From NCBI GenBank assembly GCA_028874075.1, contig JAPPLU010000090.1, positions 29,675 through 93,674 of the forward strand: DNA of 64,000 nucleotides. Reading direction: 5' to 3'. The notes below the pieces were generated by a model, which ran no database searches, was not told where the DNA came from, and saw only the letters and a program-made list of their open reading frames with translations. Below, in pieces: positions 57,395 to 64,000 of this stretch. Numbering within the stretch: the first letter of the stretch is position 1; each line of letters starts with the position of its first letter. The stretch comes from Chloroflexota bacterium (GTDB taxonomy: Bacteria; Chloroflexota; Dehalococcoidia; Lucifugimonadales; UBA3495). The position numbers were made by a program, and so were the translations under genes.

Positions 57395-58915
57395 CTAGCG
57401 CATGGGGGCTGCTGCGTACCGGGAGCGTCCAAATGCGGAACCGCGGGCGCATTGCATCAGTTCTACCAGGATGCGGGCCGCCCATTTATAAATGTTGTTT
57501 TCCCGTACGATAGCCCGCATGCGCATCATTCGATATCGGCGGTCTTCCTCAGGCATAACAACCGCATCCCGAATGGCTTCTGCCAGTTCGTCAGTGGCAT
57601 AGGGGTTGACGATGAGCGACTGGGTCAGTTCCAGTGCGGCTCCGGCAAAAGGACTCAGAATCAGGACTCCATCATTATCGAAACGGCTGGCTACAAACTC
57701 TTTGGCCACCAGGTTCATGCCGTCGTGAAGGGAGCTGACGATACAAAATCGGGACAAGCGGCGAAGAGCCATCAGCGTCACCGCTGGAAGGTCGTCCGGC
57801 TTGTATACTATGGGCTGCCAGCCGTTCCGTCCGAACCTGCCGTTAATGTCCTCCACCAACCGGTTAATCTGCTCACCCAGTTGCTGGTAAGCTTCAATGT
57901 CGCTCCTGCTAAGAACGCCGGCTTGAACAAATACTACCTTCTCGATGTGCTCTGGGTACTGTTCGAAGAAACGTCCAATGGCACGGAACCGGTGGGGTAT
58001 TCCCTTGGTATAGTCCACCCGGTCAATTCCTAAACCAATTAGCTTGCCGCCCAGTCCCCATTCCTCTTCGATTCGCTCCATTTCCCTTTCAACTTCCGAA
58101 CTCATGGAGAAATCGCAAATGTCGTCGAAGTCTATGCTTATTGGGAACGGGCGCACCAGCGTTGTATCTCCCCGGTAGTCGATCCGGTTATACTCCGTAT
58201 CCACCCTGACCGGCAGGGTGCGGGAAGCCGTATCCATGAAGTTGCTGCAATGGTCGCCAATATGGAAACCCAGCAAGTTGTTCCCCAAAAGACCCTCAAC
58301 TACTTCTGCCTGCCAGGGGCATATCCTGAAGATTTCGGAATGGGGCCATGGAATGTGCCAGAACTGCCCGGTCACTACGGGAGCGGAAGACTCCTTCAAG
58401 TACTGGGGGAGCAAGGCGAGGTGATAATCCTGGGTCAAGACGACTGCTGGACGGTCGCCCACCTCATCCATCACCAGGTCAGCAAACTTTCGATTGACGG
58501 ACTGATAGGTCTGCCAGTCTCTCGAATCAAATATGGGTTCCGTATACGCGTTGTGGCAAAGCGGCCACAGGGATTCGTTCGAGAACCCATAGTAGTATCC
58601 CTGTTCTTCCTGCTCGGTCAGCCACACGAGCCTTAGGGAATAAGCCGGGTCGTCGGGTGGTACCATTACCCGGTCATCTTTGTCGACGATGAAACGGTCG
58701 CCTTTGCCGCTGCCGTAGGCTATCCAAGTTCCTCCGCAAGCCTGCATCAGTGGGTCGAGCGCGCTGGTGAGTCCACCGGCCGGGACCACGTACTGGGGTT
58801 CACCGTTTACCAGGTTATGAATGTAAGGTTGTCGATTGGAAACTATGATGAGGCGATACTCGCCCGTCTGGCGCTGCACCAGATTTTGTAGGTCTTGTTT
58901 AGTCCACATAGGCAC
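57395..58915 (-). CDS. otsA: Trehalose-6-phosphate synthase (GT20)
   Basis: [26 protein letters not shown] and DGMNLVAKE motifs. Confidence 0.93.
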   Translation of the reverse strand: MPMWTKQDLQNLVQRQTGEYRLIIVSNRQPYIHNLVNGEPQYVVPAGGLTSALDPLMQACGGTWIAYGSGKGDRFIVDKDDRVMVPPDDPAYSLRLVWLTEQEEQGYYYGFSNESLWPLCHNAYTEPIFDSRDWQTYQSVNRKFADLVMDEVGDRPAVVLTQDYHLALLPQYLKESSAPVVTGQFWHIPWPHSEIFRICPWQAEVVEGLLGNNLLGFHIGDHCSNFMDTASRTLPVRVDTEYNRIDYRGDTTLVRPFPISIDFDDICDFSMSSEVEREMERIEEEWGLGGKLIGLGIDRVDYTKGIPHRFRAIGRFFEQYPEHIEKVVFVQAGVLSRSDIEAYQQLGEQINRLVEDINGRFGRNGWQPIVYKPDDLPAVTLMALRRLSRFCIVSSLHDGMNLVAKEFVASRFDNDGVLILSPFAGAALELTQSLIVNPYATDELAEAIRDAVVMPEEDRRYRMMRMRAIVRENNIYKWAARILVELMQCARGSAFGRSRYAAAPMR

Positions 58916-59285
58916 CTTCCCTGAACCGGAACCCGCCAGAGATTGCCCACCTTGGATAACTATGGTTCACTACTACTATCCTGACACATAATCCCACAAA
59001 AGGCAACTTTTCTATAAAAAATCACAATACTCAACATTAACATTTGTGAATTTATTCTCGATTGTGTTAAACAGTACTGGCTCAGTGTGAAACGCAAGGA
59101 AGCGCATGGAGCAAAGCGAGTCGAGAAGCCCCCAATGATGGCGCACACAGCGCAGGGTCGATTACAGCGAGGCTTCTCGAAGCAACAGACCTGGACGTCC
59201 AACATTTCCGCGCCACGTAAGGAACCCGCTCAACCCGCTCGGAGTAGGACCCATATCCGGGCTCCATTTTCGACCGCCATCCAAA

Positions 59286-59314
59286 TTGACATACCCGGAA
59301 GCGCTGGCTAGGAT
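59286..59314 (+). promoter_or_regulatory. sigma70-type promoter of the alpha/beta hydrolase
   Basis: TTGACA-17 nt-TAGGAT; AGGAGG RBS before ATG 59366. Confidence 0.65.
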
Positions 59315-59365
59315 AGGGGAAATTCCGAACAGCAGGATTTTGCTCCCGCAGCAGAAGGAGGACCC

Positions 59366-60160
59366 ATGTTTGTCCGCAGAGACCTGACTGACAGCGTTCC
59401 CACCCGAGAGGGAAACATGCATTTCATCCGGCAGGGTTCCGGGTTTCCGCTGGTAATGCTTCATCCCCTGGGCACTTCCACCTGGGCTTGGCACACGGTG
59501 GTCGACGGCCTGAGCCAGCATTACACTTGCTACGCATTCGATATGCTGGGTCACGGCGAGTCGGACAAGCCGACCCGCCACTTCAACATACCAGACTACG
59601 CCCGCGCACTAGATGATGCCTGCCAGCTCTTGAATATTCACCGAGGCCACTATGTCGGCAATTCCGTGGGCGCATGCCTGGCCACGGAGATGGCAGCCAG
59701 CTATCCGGAGCGGGTGGACAAACTGGTCCTTGTGGGGTGCCCCCTGTGGAATCCGTGGGGCGGCAACCAGCGAGTGGCCGATGCCGCTGCAGACTATGAC
59801 GACAACGGCATGCCAGCCTCACGCACATTGGAACAACTGAAGGAGCGGGCAACTTTCGCCGAGCCCAGGCAGGAATGGGTTGACGCCACCAATGAGACCA
59901 GGCAGCAGGCGGGCGAGTGGGTGCGCAACCTGCACCAGTCCCTTTCCTATTACGATATCTTGTCCCGGCTGCCTTTGATCAAAGCCTCTTCAACCCTGGT
60001 AATGTACGGAGAGAAGGATATGCTGCGGGACGGAGAGGAACTGCTCCACAACAATATCGTCAACGCCAGCAAGACAATTTTGCCAGGACTGGGGCACATC
60101 CCCCAGATTGAGGATCCTGAAGGCTTTATCGACGCTGTGCTGGCATTCCTTCAACGGTAG
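59366..60160 (+). CDS. Alpha/beta-fold hydrolase
   Basis: DMLGHGES, nucleophile GNSVG, GEKD and GH motifs. Confidence 0.9.
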   Translation: MFVRRDLTDSVPTREGNMHFIRQGSGFPLVMLHPLGTSTWAWHTVVDGLSQHYTCYAFDMLGHGESDKPTRHFNIPDYARALDDACQLLNIHRGHYVGNSVGACLATEMAASYPERVDKLVLVGCPLWNPWGGNQRVADAAADYDDNGMPASRTLEQLKERATFAEPRQEWVDATNETRQQAGEWVRNLHQSLSYYDILSRLPLIKASSTLVMYGEKDMLRDGEELLHNNIVNASKTILPGLGHIPQIEDPEGFIDAVLAFLQR

Positions 60161-60312
60161 AACCAGAAGATTACTTCCGTGGCACTGATATTGCGAAGGT
60201 AAGGGCGAATGAGCAATGCAGATGAATGTGTTCTGCACTTGCCGCGGAGCCTCCAAGAGTAACCATAGAGAACGGTTTAGCCTGAATCATCTAACCGAGT
60301 TGGTGAAAAGAA

Positions 60313-60340
60313 CAGGGGCGCACTGCCGTGCGTCCCTTAC
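60313..60340. repeat. GTAG-type REP-like palindrome
   Basis: CAGGGGCGCACtgccGTGCGTCCCTTAC. Confidence 0.45.
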
Positions 60341-60388
60341 CATTTCTCTCTTTTGCAAAGCTGATCGTTCCACTGCGCCAACTCACTT

Positions 60389-61324
60389 ATGGGAGATTGC
60401 ATTTTGACCAGTCCAAGTTTTCAATTGCGTCTGATGGAGACCTTTCGCACCGTTTTCTACACTCCCATCTACGTAACTGTCGCCGGTGGCTACCTGGAAT
60501 CCGAGGGGCTGGACGTGGACTTCCAGACCTGTCCACCCCAATTTCCCCACCCATTGAGCGCTTTGAACCACAACGCAGCCGATATAGTCCAGAGCGGCAT
60601 CATGCGGTCCATTATTGCCTCCGACTGGGGCGCCGAAACTGTCCCACGCCACTTTGCAGAAATCAACAGCAGGGATGGATTCTTCGTTCTTGGGGCCCAC
60701 GGATCGGAGACCTTCCAATGGGACGAGTTTACCGGCGCCACCATCATCCCTGTAGGGTTTTCGCCCATGCCCTGGGCATCATTCCAGTACGCTTTACGGA
60801 ACCACAGAGTTCGGGTTGAGGGCTTGAACTTGCTTCACGGCATGAGTTTGGGTGAAGCCATAGACGCTTTTCACTCCGGAGTTGCAGAGTTTATTCATTT
60901 GCCGGAACCGGCGGCCTCGCAATTGATCGCAGACCGGGAGGCCCACATGTCGGTGGCCCTTGGCGGGGAAAACGGTCACATAACCTACAGCTCTTTCGCA
61001 GCCACAAACGCTTTCCTTGACAGTCGACCCGACGTGGTCCATCGCTTCGTAGCAGGTTATTCCAGGGCCCTGACCAGGCTGGCCGAGTCCACACCTGAGC
61101 AGATTTCCGAAGCGGTGGCCCCATTCTTTCCGGACACTCATCCGGAAAACATTACCGCATCCATCGCCCGCTACAAAGAACAGCAAACCTGGCCCACCAC
61201 ACCCCATATGGGGCAGATGCCGTATGAAGGCCTGCAGAGAATTCTCATGGCAGCAGGTATGGTGAAGGAGTCTCAACCCTACGAAAAGGTGGTTACGGAG
61301 GAGTTTACGGGGGGACTGCGATAG
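60389..61324 (+). CDS. ABC transporter substrate-binding protein (NMT1/THI5-like)
   Basis: FYTPIYV...GYLESEGLDV, RDGFFVLG and EP motifs; no permease adjacent; start uncertain. Confidence 0.75.
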   Translation: MGDCILTSPSFQLRLMETFRTVFYTPIYVTVAGGYLESEGLDVDFQTCPPQFPHPLSALNHNAADIVQSGIMRSIIASDWGAETVPRHFAEINSRDGFFVLGAHGSETFQWDEFTGATIIPVGFSPMPWASFQYALRNHRVRVEGLNLLHGMSLGEAIDAFHSGVAEFIHLPEPAASQLIADREAHMSVALGGENGHITYSSFAATNAFLDSRPDVVHRFVAGYSRALTRLAESTPEQISEAVAPFFPDTHPENITASIARYKEQQTWPTTPHMGQMPYEGLQRILMAAGMVKESQPYEKVVTEEFTGGLR

Positions 61325-61334
61325 CGGAAAGCGC

Positions 61335-61380
61335 AGGTAGGAACTTGCGAAAGGCTTTACAGCTTCCAAAGTTCCTGCCT
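61335..61380. terminator. Hairpin between convergent genes (possible bidirectional terminator)
   Basis: AGGTAGGAACTT ... AAGTTCCTGCCT inverted repeat. Confidence 0.5.
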
Positions 61381-61427
61381 TCCAGTTCTAAGGACAAATG
61401 GGACCCAGGACTGGTCTCGCCCAACCC

Positions 61428-62468
61428 TTACCTCCCCACCAGCCTCTCAACCGTGCCAACCACCCGGGCCGCGTTGGGCACGTAGATGTTCTCCAGCGGG
61501 CGGCTGTATGGTACAGGTGTGTGGGGCGCGGTGACACGGGACGGCGGCGCGTCCAGGTAATCAAAGGCTTCCTCGGCCACCCGGGCGCAAATATCCGAAG
61601 CCAGGCTGCACACCGGAGTGTCCTCGTCTACAACCACAAGGCGATGGGTGCGGCGAACCGAGTCTATGATGAGGTCGTAATCGATGGGGGATACACTGAG
61701 CAGGTCCACCACTTCGGCATTAACGCCGTTCTTCGCCAGTTCCTCTGCGGCCTCGGTGCAGACCCAGGTCATTCGGGATATTCCAACCAGGGTGATGTCG
61801 GTTCCGGAACGGACGGTGCGAGCCTTGCCCAAGGGTATAGCGTAGGGCTCTTCGGGAACGGGACCCAAGTCGCCATAAAGACCCTTGTGTTCAAAATATA
61901 CTACCGGGTCATCATCCCGGATTGCGGCGATCAGCAGGCCCTTGGCGGTATAAGGGTCGGAAGGAACTACGCCCTTCAAGCCTGGAATGTGGCTGAAGAT
62001 GGAATAGAAGGATTCCGAATGCTGGGCGGCGCTGCCGAATCCGGCGCCGATACGGGTCAGCATGGTGAAGGGCACTTTGACCTGGCCGCCGAACATATAC
62101 CGCATCTTGGCGGCGTTATTCAGCAACTGGTCCATGCAGACGCCCACGAAGTCGACGAACATCAACTCGGCCACCGCCCGCATGCCGGTGGAGGCAGCGC
62201 CGATGGCCGTGCCTACAAAGGCAGCCTCGGAGAGGGGAGTGTCCAGCACACGCTGGTTGCCAAACTGTTGAATGAGTCCCACGGTAGTGCGGAAGGGGCC
62301 GCCCCAGGCGTCAACAATGCCCAGGTGTTCCCGGCCGGCGCCACCGGCAATCTCCTCGCCCATGATGATGACGGTTTCGTCGCGCTCCATTTCCTGGCGA
62401 ATGGCTTCGTTGATGGCCTCACGGTAACGCAACTCCCGCGAAGTTGTGGGAGTCATTGCTGTAGTCAT
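61428..62468 (-). CDS. 2-oxoacid/acetoin dehydrogenase E1 beta subunit (AcoB-like)
   Basis: DAWGG, DTPLSE, ELMFVDF, AAQHS and FEHK motifs. Confidence 0.92.
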   Translation of the reverse strand: MTTAMTPTTSRELRYREAINEAIRQEMERDETVIIMGEEIAGGAGREHLGIVDAWGGPFRTTVGLIQQFGNQRVLDTPLSEAAFVGTAIGAASTGMRAVAELMFVDFVGVCMDQLLNNAAKMRYMFGGQVKVPFTMLTRIGAGFGSAAQHSESFYSIFSHIPGLKGVVPSDPYTAKGLLIAAIRDDDPVVYFEHKGLYGDLGPVPEEPYAIPLGKARTVRSGTDITLVGISRMTWVCTEAAEELAKNGVNAEVVDLLSVSPIDYDLIIDSVRRTHRLVVVDEDTPVCSLASDICARVAEEAFDYLDAPPSRVTAPHTPVPYSRPLENIYVPNAARVVGTVERLVGR

Positions 62469-62517
62469 AGTGCTGCTCTTCCTTCCTGCGGCGTACTTGC
62501 TGGTCGACGTGAAAGGG

Positions 62518-63525
62518 CTAAACTTCCAGGTTTATTCCCCGCCTCATCATGTCAACCGGGTAGTCCACATACACGTCGTCGTAGATTTCCAGGGGTTCCG
62601 GCAATGGGCTTTCGTCGGCGAAGCTGATGGCGTCTTCCATAAGTTCCCGGGCTTCATCATCGAGACGGTCCAGTTCCTCGATGCTCACCAACCCTCCGTC
62701 TGCCACCCGTTCGCGAAAGAGTTTCAGAGGGTCGCGGCCGCGCCAATAGTCCTGCTCTTCCTGCGTACGGTAGCTAAGGGGATTGTCGAAAACGGTATGG
62801 CCATAATAGCGGTAAGTTCGGCACTCCAGCAGGGAAGGACCCTCGCCTGCTCGTGCCCGCCGAACCGCCTCGCCGGCGGCTTCAAATACGTCGAAAACAT
62901 CCATGCCGTCGATGTGAATCCCGGGCATGTCGTAGCCCGCAGCCCGGTCTGCCACCCGGGCGGTGGACAGGGCGTATTCCACAGGCGTTGACTCGGCATA
63001 ACCATTGTTTTCGCAACAGAAGATCACGGGTAGCTTCCATACTGAGGCCAGGTTCATGCACTCGTGCAGGATGCCCTGATTGGCGCCGCCATCTCCGAAG
63101 AATGCTACGGCCACCCTCCCCAGGTTCTGCAGCTTGGAAGTAAGGCCCGCCCCAACTGCCAGGGGCACGCTGGCGGCAACGACACCGTTGGTTCCCAGCA
63201 TTCCTTTGCTCATATCCGCGATGTGCATGGAGCCACCCTTGCCCTTGTTGGGGCCCGTGGCCCGCCCGAAGAGTTCAGCCATCATCAGCTTGGGATCCAC
63301 ACCCTTGGCTATGCAGTGGCCATGGCCCCGGTGGGTGCTTCCAATATAGTCGTCGTTGGTCAAGTGGGCACAAATGCCAGTGGGCACCGCTTCCTGCCCT
63401 GCAGACGAATGCACCGAACCGGACATACCCCGCTGACCCGTTTCGGGAATCCCCCGCTCCTCAAAATGCCGGATAGTAGTCATCGTCTTGTACAGATAGA
63501 GCAACATATCCCGATCAAGTTCCAT
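62518..63525 (-). CDS. 2-oxoacid/acetoin dehydrogenase E1 alpha subunit (AcoA-like)
   Basis: GQEA, STHRGHGH, GKGGSMH, TPP motif GDGGANQG...ENN and YRYYGH. Confidence 0.92.
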   Translation of the reverse strand: MELDRDMLLYLYKTMTTIRHFEERGIPETGQRGMSGSVHSSAGQEAVPTGICAHLTNDDYIGSTHRGHGHCIAKGVDPKLMMAELFGRATGPNKGKGGSMHIADMSKGMLGTNGVVAASVPLAVGAGLTSKLQNLGRVAVAFFGDGGANQGILHECMNLASVWKLPVIFCCENNGYAESTPVEYALSTARVADRAAGYDMPGIHIDGMDVFDVFEAAGEAVRRARAGEGPSLLECRTYRYYGHTVFDNPLSYRTQEEQDYWRGRDPLKLFRERVADGGLVSIEELDRLDDEARELMEDAISFADESPLPEPLEIYDDVYVDYPVDMMRRGINLEV

Positions 63526-63623
63526 AGTTCCTCACACTGGCCGGATAGGCGTTACCGAATGGATGGGCGAAATTTTCCCAATAGTAGCACGGGGGTAAGG
63601 GATGTCAATAGAGCTAGAGTGCG

Positions 63624-64000
63624 TCAAGGCTCAATGAAAATACTGACTACTTCCCCTGCTTCACATCCCAGGGCTTCCGCCGCACTGCCATTCCGCACCG
63701 CAACTTCCAGATAGCCATTGCTGCCGACAAGGGCCACAAGAGGAAGACCGTCAGACTGGGCGCTGGAGTCTAATGCCAGGTAGTGGAAGGTCCGGCTGAG
63801 GCCCGCTATGCGGCGCGTTCCAATTTCAACCACTACTGTGCCTGCTTCCAAACCGGACCGGGTCAACCTGGTACCACTAATGTTGGTGATCAAGTTACCA
63901 AAACGGTCCTTGAAGATTACCTCCCCGACTATGGCGTTGCCCGCTTGAATGGGTTCGTCGAGCGGCTGATAGGTCACTTCAGACACAGCTGAACCAAACT
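63624..64000 (-). CDS. DUF62 SAM hydrolase / SAM-dependent halogenase family, C-terminal part (5' end off the window)
   Basis: DRFGNLITN and VGSNGYLEVAVRNGSAA; the frame stays open to the window edge. Confidence 0.85.
   Translation of the reverse strand, partial: FGSAVSEVTYQPLDEPIQAGNAIVGEVIFKDRFGNLITNISGTRLTRSGLEAGTVVVEIGTRRIAGLSRTFHYLALDSSAQSDGLPLVALVGSNGYLEVAVRNGSAAEALGCEAGEVVSIFIEP

Noticed and set aside
61398-62627. 409-aa plus-strand ORF (and similar ones such as 2316-3422, 39572-40507 and 45243-46097)
   Set aside because: Antisense shadows of well-supported genes.
63624-64000. Fluorinase/chlorinase call
   Set aside because: Only the C-terminal domain is visible and the diagnostic residues lie outside the window; a SAM hydrolase is the more common family member.

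Overview
GC-rich (about 58-60%) bacterial chromosome segment made mostly of core metabolic and housekeeping genes. The gene content (11-subunit nuo operon, DUF2298/YYY plus TIGR03663 membrane cluster, stand-alone E1 alpha/beta pair) suggests Chloroflexota, probably Dehalococcoidia/SAR202-like; this is inference. In order: eno (partial), nuoABC-DHI-JKLMN interrupted by three small unannotated genes, a CinA-like/nucleotidyltransferase fusion, trmD, speDE, dinG-ogg, cca, rnc-ftsY, a membrane glycosylation-type cluster, mutS/mutL, a separate nuoEFG-like plus ferredoxin-NADP reductase operon, rpiB, otsAB, acoAB-like E1 and a partial DUF62 gene. The ORF track misses or truncates several things. (i) Three thioredoxin-fold genes have an in-frame TGA exactly at the catalytic Cys, each followed by a hairpin, so they are probable selenoproteins (two DsbA/FrnE-like, one ArsC/Spx-like). 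(ii) A diverged ~320-bp repeat occurs in two inverted copies; it has a promoter-like head and variable-number 10-bp phased arrays, and a third array lies inside a REP doublet. (iii) Several degenerate REP-like palindrome families are present. (iv) Rex/CRP-like operators precede energy and carbon genes. No rRNA, tRNA, CRISPR array or transposase was found.
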